From: Treponemataceae bacterium
GTDB taxonomy: Bacteria; Spirochaetota; Spirochaetia; Treponematales; Rectinemataceae
Reading direction: 5' to 3'
Length of the DNA stretch: 64,000 nt
Assembly (NCBI GenBank): GCA_963667725.2
Contig: CAXXHO010000003.1
Location: 1,280,001 to 1,344,000 of the forward strand
Position 1 is the first letter of the stretch, and each line of letters starts with the position of its first letter. This document shows positions 52,812-61,888 of this stretch, one piece after another. A model generated the notes under the pieces. It did no database searches. It worked only from the letters and a program-made list of their open reading frames with translations, and had not been told where the DNA came from. The position numbers and the translations under genes are program-made.

Positions 52812-54065
52812 ATGAAATCCATCGAAGCGGTTTTCTCTAAAAACGCCAACAATATGAAAAAATCTGTCATACGGGAACTCCTCAAACTCACCAATCAGCC
52901 CGATATCATTTCCTTCGCCGGCGGGCTGCCGGCTCCCGAAACTTTCCCCGTCGAAGATCTCAGGGCGGCAGCCGATAGAGTCTTCCAGAAGCAGGCGACA
53001 AAAGCGCTTCAGTACGGTACGACCGAAGGCGATAACAGCCTGCGAGCCGAACTCATCCATTACGAGGAAGCTCATGGCTCGAAAGTGTCGCTGGAGAACC
53101 TCCTCATCACCTCAGCCAGCCAGCAAGCCCTGGACATGATACCCAAGCTTTTCCTCGATCCGGGCGACTGCGTCATCGCCGGACGTCCCACCTACATCGG
53201 AGCCATTCAGGCGATTCAGAGCTATCAGGGTAAAATCATCGGAATCCCCTTCAGCGACGCCGATGACGGCTTCGATATGGGAGAACTGGAAAAACAGTAC
53301 GCAGGCGCCCTGGCAAGAGGCGACCGAGTCAAGTACATCTACGTGATCCCGGATTTCCAGAACCCTACGGGAATATGCTGGAGTCTCGAAAAACGACGAC
53401 AACTTCTCGATTTTTCCTACCGAAACGATCTTTTCGTGGTGGAAGACGCGCCCTACAGGGAAATCCGCTTTATCGGCGAATCCATTCCCTCGATCTATCA
53501 GCTGGACCAGGAAGGGCGAAACATGGGCAATGTTATAGGCCTTAAAACCTTCTCCAAGATACTGGCGCCGGGAACGCGCATAGGCTGGATCATCGCGAGA
53601 GAGGACATAATATCCAAGCTCGTCGCCGCCAAACAGGCTATGGATCTCTGCACCAATGTCTTCACCCAGATGTGGCTGGCTGAGTATCTCTCCACGGGCA
53701 AGATCGAGGAAGTGGTGGCGCGCACAAGGGAGATATACAAGGAAAAACGCAACTTCATGGTTGCCATGCTCGAAAAATACATGCCGCGGCGCCCTGACCT
53801 CACGTGGACGAAACCCGAGGGCGGTCTCTTCCTCTGGATATCCCTGCCCGCCTTTGTCGATACCGATCGCATGGTCGGCACAGCGATCGATAAAAAAGTC
53901 GCCTATGTCGTGGGATCGGCTTTCTATTTCGACGAGCCGGAACGCAATGCCATGAGGATCAATTTTTCCTATTCCTCGATTGCCCAGATAGAGGAAGGCG
54001 TCAAGCGGCTTGCCGGTGTCATCGAAGAGGAAATAAGGGAACGCGAACCCAAGAAACGCGGCTAG
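52812..54065 (+). CDS. PLP-dependent class I/II aminotransferase (LysN/ARO8-like)
   Basis: ISFAGGLP, LQYGTTEG, SQQALD, IPDFQNPTG, EDAPY, TFSKILAPGTRIGW and PEGGLFLW motifs; AGGAGG RBS. Confidence 0.9.
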   Translation: MKSIEAVFSKNANNMKKSVIRELLKLTNQPDIISFAGGLPAPETFPVEDLRAAADRVFQKQATKALQYGTTEGDNSLRAELIHYEEAHGSKVSLENLLITSASQQALDMIPKLFLDPGDCVIAGRPTYIGAIQAIQSYQGKIIGIPFSDADDGFDMGELEKQYAGALARGDRVKYIYVIPDFQNPTGICWSLEKRRQLLDFSYRNDLFVVEDAPYREIRFIGESIPSIYQLDQEGRNMGNVIGLKTFSKILAPGTRIGWIIAREDIISKLVAAKQAMDLCTNVFTQMWLAEYLSTGKIEEVVARTREIYKEKRNFMVAMLEKYMPRRPDLTWTKPEGGLFLWISLPAFVDTDRMVGTAIDKKVAYVVGSAFYFDEPERNAMRINFSYSSIAQIEEGVKRLAGVIEEEIREREPKKRG

Positions 54066-54122
54066 AAGCAGTCGGATAGCCAAAGGCGGCTATCCCGCGG
54101 GCAGAAGTCCCACGACACAGCC

Positions 54123-54167
54123 AAGCCCCGGATTCCAGGCAATTCCGCGCCGCCTCCGGGGCTTTTT
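54123..54167 (+). terminator. Intrinsic terminator after the aminotransferase
   Basis: AAGCCCCGGA...TCCGGGGCTT followed by TTT. Confidence 0.65.
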
Positions 54168-54326
54168 GATATTTTTTTCTCCTACCAGTTGATTATGACG
54201 CCCACTAATAAGTATTTTTACAAAAACGCTGTCCCGCGGCCAATGGCCGCTCCATATAGGGCGCGACGCTCAAGAAGAGGCCGCTGACTGATGTATAGGG
54301 GTAAGGGATATGGCAAGGAGAAACGC

Positions 54327-55055
54327 ATGGCGATCATAGAAATCAATGACGTGAAAAAGGTGTATCCGCTTGGCAAGGTCGAAGTCCAAGCCGTGAAAGG
54401 GGTGACCTTTTCCATAGAAAAGGGCGATTTCGTCTCGATTGCGGGCCCTTCCGGCTCGGGCAAATCCACCATTCTGAATATGCTCGGTCTCATCGACAAG
54501 CCGACCTCTGGCGAGGTATTCATCGGCGGCAAGGCGACATCGGGCCTCTCGGACAAGGATCTTACGCGATTCAGGCACGAAGTGCTCGGCTTTGTCTTCC
54601 AGTCGTTCAACCTCATCCCCGTCCTCAATGTCTGGGAAAACATAGAATTCCCCCTGCTTCTCGGCAAGACGAAGATTTCCGCGAGCGAAAAAGCCTCCTG
54701 GATAGATTGGCTCATCGAGGAAGTGGGGCTCACCGAATGGAAGACCCATAAGCCCAACGAGCTTTCGGGCGGTCAGAGACAAAGGGTGGCCATCGCCCGC
54801 GCCCTCGTCACGAAACCGGAAATCGTGCTGGCCGACGAACCCACCGCCAACCTCGACTCAACCACCGGCGAGCAGATCATCGAACTCATGAAGAAGATCA
54901 ACAGGGAACTGGATACGACATTCATTTTCTCCACGCATGACGCGAAGATCGTCGATGTAGCCGACCATATCATCCGGCTCAAGGACGGTCTCGTCATCGA
55001 AAACAGAAGAAGGGGCGAAGACAATGTTTCCGGCGGCAGCCGCGGCGAGGAGTGA
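54327..55055 (+). CDS. ABC transporter ATP-binding protein, LolD/MacB-like
   Basis: GPSGSGKST, GFVFQSFNLIP, LSGGQRQRVAIARAL, LADEPTANLD and STHD motifs; AAGGAG RBS. Confidence 0.93.
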   Translation: MAIIEINDVKKVYPLGKVEVQAVKGVTFSIEKGDFVSIAGPSGSGKSTILNMLGLIDKPTSGEVFIGGKATSGLSDKDLTRFRHEVLGFVFQSFNLIPVLNVWENIEFPLLLGKTKISASEKASWIDWLIEEVGLTEWKTHKPNELSGGQRQRVAIARALVTKPEIVLADEPTANLDSTTGEQIIELMKKINRELDTTFIFSTHDAKIVDVADHIIRLKDGLVIENRRRGEDNVSGGSRGEE

Positions 55056-55060
55056 TCGCC

Positions 55061-56566
55061 ATGCCAGTCACTTTCAGAATAGCTTTCCGCAACCTGTTCG
55101 AACATAAATCAAAAAGCCTCATCATTGGCATTTTACTTGCCTTGGGCGCCCTCATCCTCGTGGTAGGCAACTCCTTCATAGACGCGTCGCGTCAAGGCAT
55201 AAGGACGAGCTTTACCGACAACTACACTGGCGATGTCTTCGTTTCCGGTGTTTCCGAGGAAGGAGATGTCTCCCTTTTCGGTGTTATGTCCGTGGGAGGA
55301 CTCGCCTCCACCCCCGTGATTCCCGATTTCGACAAAGTCCTCGCCGAGGTTAGGGGTTCACCCCTCGTCAGCAAGGCTACGGGCATGGCGACGAGCTACG
55401 GCATCGTCACGCGCGGCGATGAAGGAATCGACAACCTGGACAGCGATGATTCCGATAAAGACATGACCGCCCGCCTTCTCTTCCTGTTCGGCATCGACGC
55501 GCGCGATTATTGGACGGTGTTCGATTCGATAGACATAACTTCGGGCAAGGCGCTCGAGCCTGGACAGACAGGCCTCGTCATCAACGAGGAACAGCTGAGC
55601 CTACTGTCCAAATGGATGAAGCGTCCCTTGAATATAGGCGACAATCTTGTCGTCCAGGGCTTTTCCTCGGCCGGAATGAAGATTCGCGAACTCCCCATCG
55701 TCGCCACCTACAAACAGAAAGGCGGGGGCGCGAACCCCATGCAGATGGCCTTCGTCGACATCGATACGCTGCGCATCATGGCCGGCATGACGATCGGAAC
55801 GAACGAGAATATCGTGCTGAACGAATCCCAGACAGCCATGCTGAGCATCGACGACACGGATTCCCTCTTCGCCGACGACCTTTTCGAGGCGACGCCGGCC
55901 GAAGGCGGTTTCGATGAGAACCTCATACAGTCCCAGCTGGCCGACACAGAGGCACGGGAAAAGGCCAATACCGCCGATACGGGAGCCTGGCAGTTCATCG
56001 TCATAAAGACCAAGGACCCCGCCGGAGCAAAACCCCTCGTAGCCTACCTCAACGAGACGTTCGCGAAAAACGACATCAAGGCTTCGGCGGGAGACTGGCA
56101 GAAGGCGGCCGGTCCCTACGGACAATCGGTCGATGTCATCCGCATAGTGTTCACGGTCGCGATAGCGATCCTGTGCATCGTGGCGATCATCATCATCATG
56201 AACACCTTCGTCATCTCCGTCATTGAACGGACGGGCGAAATCGGTACGATGCGCGCGATCGGCGCGGGAAAAGGTTTCATACGAAAGCTTTTCGCCGCCG
56301 AAGCCCTCGTCCTGTCGCTCCTTTTTTCAACGATAGGCGCTCTTCTCGGTTTAGGGGTCACGGCGATCCTCGGCGCGCTTAAATTGGAAGCGGGCAATTC
56401 CTTCCTCGAAGTGCTCTTCGGCGGAAAGTACCTCGCTCCGGCGGTGACGCCGATCAGCTTCTTCGCGGCCATCGTGGCCATGGTAGCCGTCGGCTATATC
56501 GCCCATCTCTATCCCGTCTCGGTTGCGCTTAAGATTCAACCTGTACGGGCGATGCAGCAAGATTAG
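55061..56566 (+). CDS. FtsX/LolCE-like ABC permease 1
   Basis: IAFRNL + TM1, large periplasmic domain, IMNTFVISVIERTGEIGTMRAIG and three C-terminal TMs ending PVRAM. Confidence 0.9.
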   Translation: MPVTFRIAFRNLFEHKSKSLIIGILLALGALILVVGNSFIDASRQGIRTSFTDNYTGDVFVSGVSEEGDVSLFGVMSVGGLASTPVIPDFDKVLAEVRGSPLVSKATGMATSYGIVTRGDEGIDNLDSDDSDKDMTARLLFLFGIDARDYWTVFDSIDITSGKALEPGQTGLVINEEQLSLLSKWMKRPLNIGDNLVVQGFSSAGMKIRELPIVATYKQKGGGANPMQMAFVDIDTLRIMAGMTIGTNENIVLNESQTAMLSIDDTDSLFADDLFEATPAEGGFDENLIQSQLADTEAREKANTADTGAWQFIVIKTKDPAGAKPLVAYLNETFAKNDIKASAGDWQKAAGPYGQSVDVIRIVFTVAIAILCIVAIIIIMNTFVISVIERTGEIGTMRAIGAGKGFIRKLFAAEALVLSLLFSTIGALLGLGVTAILGALKLEAGNSFLEVLFGGKYLAPAVTPISFFAAIVAMVAVGYIAHLYPVSVALKIQPVRAMQQD

Positions 56567-56579
56567 GAGACACAATCAG

Positions 56580-57905
56580 ATGAATAAGGTTTTACCGCGG
56601 ATTGCCCTGCGCAATCTTTCGCGCCAGAAGAAAAGAACGTTCCTTCTCGGGGGCGCCATAGCTTTCGGGATCATGATCGTCACGCTCATAAACGGATTCG
56701 CCGGCGCCTTCATACAGAACGTGTCGGAAAACTTCGCCTACCTCATGGCTGGCCATGTATTCGTCCAGGGATCCGAAAAGACCGCCTCGGGCAAGCAGAT
56801 CCTCGTGATACGCGATGACTCGATCATCCTCAAGGCGCTCCAGGACGCCGGCGTAACCTACGAGTTCGCGACCAAGTCCAGCGAGGCCAGGGCTTCCCTC
56901 ATTTTCGAAGGCAAGAGCATAACTCAGAACCTCACCGGCCTCGACATAGCTAATTCGCCCTTTCTTAAGGAAAGGCTCGTCCTCAAGCAGGGCTCATGGG
57001 AAGCCGCTCAGGCTAACGATGCGCTCATTATATCAGAGAAGATCGCCAAAAAGCTTAAGATCCTACCGGGCGACAAGGTCACCGCCCAGTTCCAGACCAT
57101 CACCGGCCAGAACAACATCGCCGATTTCACCATCGCGGCCATCAGCGTCGATTCGAGCATCATCGGCTCCACCATGGCCTATGCCAACCTCTCGTTCCTG
57201 AGCGAAAACCTGGGACTTAAGGCGGGCGAATACATGTCGCTGGGTCTCATGCTGGGAGACATCAAGGACTCGAAAGAGGTCTCCGCCAGGCTCTACACGT
57301 CGATGAGCGGCATGGGACTGCAGCTTTTCCCACAGAAGACGAAGGAAGAGAGCGGCACGACCACCCCCTTCATGGCGATGATGCAGAAACAGAACAAGGA
57401 AACCTGGGAAGGCGTCAAATACCGCGTCTATACCATCGACGACATGCTCTCCCAAGCCCAGCAGATCGTCGTTGCCCTGGACACCTCCAGCCTCATCATC
57501 CTCCTCGTTCTCTTCGCCATTGTCATGATCGGCATCACCAATACCTTCAGGATGGTCATGTACGAGCGCATACGCGAAATCGGCACGATGAGGGCCATAG
57601 GCGTCCAGCGGGGAGAAATAAGGTCCCTCTTCCTCTATGAAGCCTTCTTCCTCGCCCTGGGCGGCGCCATAGTCGGTATAGTCCTGGCGCTCATAGCGAT
57701 GAGCCTCCTCTCCCTCATCAATTTCGGCATGGAATCACCGGCTTTTCTCATAATGCGCAACGGTCACCTGTCATTCTTCCTGCCGCCACTGCGCGCCGTC
57801 GGCAACATCATCATAATCACCCTTCTCACGCTTTTCGCCGCCTACTTCCCGGCCAAGGCCGCCGCCAAAATGGAGCCGGCTGCGGCCCTCAGGACGACGA
57901 AATGA
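56580..57905 (+). CDS. FtsX/LolCE-like ABC permease 2
   Basis: IALRNL + TM1, ITNTFRMVMYERIREIGTMRAIG and PAKAAAKMEPAAALR; AGGAG RBS. Confidence 0.9.
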   Translation: MNKVLPRIALRNLSRQKKRTFLLGGAIAFGIMIVTLINGFAGAFIQNVSENFAYLMAGHVFVQGSEKTASGKQILVIRDDSIILKALQDAGVTYEFATKSSEARASLIFEGKSITQNLTGLDIANSPFLKERLVLKQGSWEAAQANDALIISEKIAKKLKILPGDKVTAQFQTITGQNNIADFTIAAISVDSSIIGSTMAYANLSFLSENLGLKAGEYMSLGLMLGDIKDSKEVSARLYTSMSGMGLQLFPQKTKEESGTTTPFMAMMQKQNKETWEGVKYRVYTIDDMLSQAQQIVVALDTSSLIILLVLFAIVMIGITNTFRMVMYERIREIGTMRAIGVQRGEIRSLFLYEAFFLALGGAIVGIVLALIAMSLLSLINFGMESPAFLIMRNGHLSFFLPPLRAVGNIIIITLLTLFAAYFPAKAAAKMEPAAALRTTK

Positions 57906-57973
57906 CCAATGAAACATTGACCAGCGGCAGGCTCTGCGCCTCGCCGATTCCCGCTGAAAAACCGGAGTCTACC

Positions 57974-58774
57974 ATGAATACGATAGTTCGAGATTACCGC
58001 CAAAAAAACAGAGGCCTTCTCGCGATGTTTTTTCTCGCTGTTTTCGCTTTTTTCCTGCCCATCTCCACCTTCTCCCAAAGCCTCTCCCAGGAGGGAGCCG
58101 AGAAAATACTCAAGGAACTGGATGAGCTGAGCAACTTTCCCGGCAAGGATTACACTTCCCTCTTCACCATCGTTTCGGAAAAGCCCGGAGAAAAGCAGAG
58201 CGTCACGCAGGTGAGGGTCTTCAGGCGAGACAGCAAAAAGCAGTTCACCATCCTCATCATGCTTCCGGACGTCAACAAAGGACAGGGATACCTTCGCGAG
58301 GATGACAACGTCTGGTTCTACGATCCCACCAGCCGCAAGTTTTCCCACTCCTCGGTCAAGGAGAATCTCCAGAACAGCGAAGCCAAGAATTCGGACTTCA
58401 CCGCCTCATCCATGATCGACGACTACTCCATCCAGAAAATTTCCGATGGCACCGTTGGCAAGTATCCCGTCTGGGTATTGGACCTCAAGGCCAGGACGAA
58501 CGAAGTAGCCTACGAGCGCGTAATCCTTTACATACGTAAAGACAAGACCATGACCCTCAAACAGGAAGACTATTCGGTGAACGGCCGTCTCATGAGGACG
58601 ACGCTCTACCCGAAATATGTCGCGCTCGACGGAAAGCTTCTTCCCTCGCAGATTCTCATCGTAGACGAGATCAACAAGGGCGAAAAAAGCCAGATCACCA
58701 TGGCCGAACAGTCGGTGGAGAAGCTGCCCGACAAGGTTTTCACGAAGGCTTTCCTCGAACAGGTAAACCGCTAG
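57974..58774 (+). CDS. LolA-like outer membrane lipoprotein-sorting protein
   Basis: Signal peptide; P..NKGQGYL...DNVWFYDP..RK, SDF and LPDKVFTKAFLE; GGAG RBS before 57974 (alternative start 57902). Confidence 0.8.
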   Translation: MNTIVRDYRQKNRGLLAMFFLAVFAFFLPISTFSQSLSQEGAEKILKELDELSNFPGKDYTSLFTIVSEKPGEKQSVTQVRVFRRDSKKQFTILIMLPDVNKGQGYLREDDNVWFYDPTSRKFSHSSVKENLQNSEAKNSDFTASSMIDDYSIQKISDGTVGKYPVWVLDLKARTNEVAYERVILYIRKDKTMTLKQEDYSVNGRLMRTTLYPKYVALDGKLLPSQILIVDEINKGEKSQITMAEQSVEKLPDKVFTKAFLEQVNR

Positions 58775-58820
58775 GTGCCCGGCCGCGGGCATCGCGCCCG
58801 CGGCCACAGGAGATCGAAAC

Positions 58821-60230
58821 ATGAAAAAAGCATTTAAACACGCGAAATCATTCGTTGTCATAGCCCTGCTTCTCGCGGGCGTCGCGTTGGGGGCGCAGGA
58901 AGCCGCCGAAGGCTCGGAAATAGATATGGATCTCGATACTCTCTTCGGCGAAGAGGTCGTGGAAATCGCTCCCGACGTTCCCGCGGCGACGGGCGACCCG
59001 GTAACGGCGGCGCTCAAGTCCGACAAGGTCAGGATAGGGGGAAGCTTTTCCGGCTCGCTCACGCCGACGGCCACATGGACGAGCCTTTGGGACGGGAGTT
59101 CCGATCTCCTCGATCCCGACAGGAAGGCTCTCTCATCCAGCCTCAAGTCCACGCTCTTTTTCGACGCCCGGCCCAAGGAAGATTTCCGCGTCTACGGATC
59201 GGCCAAAACGAGCTGGCCTTTCTCGACGGCGACCACCGACTCCATCGAAGTGCCCAACATTTCCATTTTCGAACTTTTCGCCGATTTTTCAATGAACGAT
59301 AAGCTGTTCTTCCGTTTCGGGAAGAGCACGGTGAAATGGGGCGTCGGCTACTTCTGGAGCCCAGCCGACGTCATCAACCTCGAACAGATCAACCAGCTCG
59401 ACGCCGAGGCTCAGCGTGAGGGACCGGTGAATTTCCGCGTGCACATCCCCGTTCCCGGAACCCAGAATAACTTTTACATGTACACAATACTAGACGAAAA
59501 CACAGTCGCTTTCGAAACAACAGCCCTGGCGGCTAAGGCCGAATTCCTTCTCGGCAACTACGAGCTGGGGCTGGGCGCCTATTATCGCTACGATACGGCC
59601 GAGAGAGCCATGCTCACCCTCACCGGCCCCATCGGGAACCTGGACGTTTTCGGCGAGGCTATGGTTTCGCGGGGCAGCGGCAAGACTTTCATTACCGATA
59701 TCCAGACCGCATCGCCGTATGCCATTTCCACGAGCTCGACCGCGGACAATCGCGAAAACTTCTACTTCTCGGCCAGCACGGGCTTTCTCTACAGCAACTC
59801 GAACAGCAACATCACGGCCATCGGCCAGTACTACTACAACGGCGAAGGCTATTCCGCGGCGACGAAGGACGCGCTTGTCACCAAGGCGAAACTGGCTATA
59901 GCCTCAACGTCGAATCCGGCCACCTCGGCCGCGCTCAGCGCCAGTCTCGCTGGCCTCATCTATGGCTCCGGCCAGCATTACGCCGCGTTGAGCTTCTCGA
60001 AGGGTGAATTGTTCACCGAGGATTTCTCGGCTTCAGTCATCGCCGTGGCCAATCTATCCGACTGGTCGGGGCTTGTGAAACCCACCTTCAGCTACGCGGT
60101 TAACGACAATCTTTCCATCGCGCTGAGCCCGACCTTTTTCTTCGGCCCGGCCGAAGGCGAATACGCTTTCCTCGCCGGGGGAAATATCGTCTCTCTGTCC
60201 CTTGGCGCCACGGTGAGCGGCTCTTTCTAA
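58821..60230 (+). CDS. Hypothetical exported protein, probable outer membrane beta-barrel
   Basis: Signal peptide (...VALG-AQE); FRFGKSTVKWGVGYFWSPAD; alternating beta-strand pattern; C-terminal VSLSLGATVSGSF ending in Phe. Confidence 0.7.
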   Translation: MKKAFKHAKSFVVIALLLAGVALGAQEAAEGSEIDMDLDTLFGEEVVEIAPDVPAATGDPVTAALKSDKVRIGGSFSGSLTPTATWTSLWDGSSDLLDPDRKALSSSLKSTLFFDARPKEDFRVYGSAKTSWPFSTATTDSIEVPNISIFELFADFSMNDKLFFRFGKSTVKWGVGYFWSPADVINLEQINQLDAEAQREGPVNFRVHIPVPGTQNNFYMYTILDENTVAFETTALAAKAEFLLGNYELGLGAYYRYDTAERAMLTLTGPIGNLDVFGEAMVSRGSGKTFITDIQTASPYAISTSSTADNRENFYFSASTGFLYSNSNSNITAIGQYYYNGEGYSAATKDALVTKAKLAIASTSNPATSAALSASLAGLIYGSGQHYAALSFSKGELFTEDFSASVIAVANLSDWSGLVKPTFSYAVNDNLSIALSPTFFFGPAEGEYAFLAGGNIVSLSLGATVSGSF

Positions 60231-60344
60231 GCCGCTCTTTCCGAGCGGCGCGCGATTTGCGGTTGCCCTTTGCGCAAAGAAATGTTTTAATCGATACTTA
60301 GAGCGGTACCAATCCCGCGATGATCAAGAGACAAGGAAGCTGAC

Positions 60345-61559
60345 ATGAAAATCCATCCGATCACCGACAAGATCTTTGCCCTCCATGCCGATATCAAATC
60401 TGACGACCTCTTCGAAGGCATTTGGCCTATTCCCTACGGAGTCTCCCTCAACTCCTACCTGGTGAAATCGGATAAAATCGCCCTCATCGACCTCGTGCGC
60501 GATTGGGTAGGAGCCCCAGGGGAGCTGGCCGGGCAGCTGGCGACCATTGGCGTGGGCCTCGATGACATCGACTACCTCATCCTCAACCATCTCGAGCCGG
60601 ATCACACTGGATGGCTCGAGGAATTCAGGGCCATTAATCCCAAGGCGGAGATCATCGCCACCCAGAAGGGCATAGACCTGGTGCGCAGCTTCTACAAGAT
60701 GGACGATGGCCTGCGCGTCGTAAAGACCGGCGACAGGCTGGACCTCGGCGAAGGCGTCGCCCTCGATTTCTTCGAAACGCCTAATGTCCACTGGCCTGAA
60801 ACCATGGTCACCTGGGCGGCTGACGGCGGCGTCCTCTTCTCCTGCGACGCCTTCGGCTCCTTCGGCGCCCTGGGCGATCGGGTCTTCGACGATGAGTTCA
60901 CGCCGGAGGAGCATGTCTTCTTCGAGTCGGAATCCCTCCGCTACTACGCGAACATCATCGCCAGCTTCGGCCTCTTCGTGAAAAAAGCCATCGCCAAGCT
61001 CGCCGACCTCGATATTAAAGTAGTCGCTCCCAGCCATGGCATCGTCTGGCGCGAGGCTCCGGGGGAAATCATCGCCCGCTATGCCCACTACGCCGACTAT
61101 CTAGAAGGCCCGCGAGAGAAGGAAATCGCCATCGTATGGGGATCGATGTACGGGAATACGGAAAAGGGTCTCGCGGCCGTGATCGAGGGCATCGAGGACG
61201 AGGGTCTGCCCTACACCATCCACAGAGTGCCGAACGAAGACGTATCCTGGGTCCTGGCCGACGCGTATAAAAGCGAAGGAATTCTCATCGCCATGCCGAC
61301 CTATGAATACAAGATGTTCCCGCCCATGGCCTACGTGCTCGACATTTTCGAGCGCAAGCACGTCTGGGACAGGAAGGTGCTCCGCATAGGCAGCTTCGGC
61401 TGGATCGGCGGCGCCAAGAAAGAATACGAGAACAAGATTGCCCCGCTGAAATGGCAATCCATAGAATCGGCGGAATGGGCTGGAGCACCCGATGAAGATA
61501 TGCTCGCCCTTCTCTATGAAAAAGGCAAGGAATTGGCTATCGCTGTCAAGAATTCCTGA
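60345..61559 (+). CDS. fprA: Flavodiiron protein (FprA, class A)
   Basis: Metallo-beta-lactamase motifs NHLEPDH, VHWPE, SCDAFG, YYANI and PSHG; flavodoxin SMYGNT and GSFGW. Confidence 0.92.
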   Translation: MKIHPITDKIFALHADIKSDDLFEGIWPIPYGVSLNSYLVKSDKIALIDLVRDWVGAPGELAGQLATIGVGLDDIDYLILNHLEPDHTGWLEEFRAINPKAEIIATQKGIDLVRSFYKMDDGLRVVKTGDRLDLGEGVALDFFETPNVHWPETMVTWAADGGVLFSCDAFGSFGALGDRVFDDEFTPEEHVFFESESLRYYANIIASFGLFVKKAIAKLADLDIKVVAPSHGIVWREAPGEIIARYAHYADYLEGPREKEIAIVWGSMYGNTEKGLAAVIEGIEDEGLPYTIHRVPNEDVSWVLADAYKSEGILIAMPTYEYKMFPPMAYVLDIFERKHVWDRKVLRIGSFGWIGGAKKEYENKIAPLKWQSIESAEWAGAPDEDMLALLYEKGKELAIAVKNS

Positions 61560-61605
61560 ATTCCGCGTCGGCGTAAAATCCATTGGATCGAGGCCGACCG
61601 ACCAT

Positions 61606-61634
61606 AAAAAAGGCGCCTGTCGGCGCCTTTTTTT
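61606..61634. terminator. Bidirectional intrinsic terminator between fprA and the oadB-like unit
   Basis: A6-GGCGCC-TGTC-GGCGCC-T7. Confidence 0.85.
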
Positions 61635-61686
61635 ATTGAACTTCCGAAGCTTCCGGGGAGCCTTGGCTATAGAAACCGTCTCGCCG

Positions 61687-61878
61687 TTACTTCGTCTTTT
61701 TGCTGATCAAGTTCGCGAGCCGGATCATCAGAAAGAAGACGCCCAAGGTCGCGAATACGCCGATGAGGCCTCCCGCCGTGACACCCAGAGCCTGAACGGT
61801 AGTCCCAAGCGTGTGGACGAGAGAGCCATCCGCGTTGCGCTCGCCCATCGACTTAAAATATTGGATTATATTTTCCAT
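61687..61878 (-). CDS. Small single-pass membrane protein, OadG-like partner
   Basis: AGGAG RBS, starts 10 nt after the oadB-like stop; one hydrophobic helix (GGLIGVFATLGVFFLMIRL) followed by a basic tail. Confidence 0.7.
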   Translation of the reverse strand: MENIIQYFKSMGERNADGSLVHTLGTTVQALGVTAGGLIGVFATLGVFFLMIRLANLISKKTK

Positions 61879-61888
61879 ACCGTTCTCC

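Noticed and set aside
54200..54326. Known riboswitch in the ABC operon leader
   Set aside because: Only short hairpins; no consensus I can recognise
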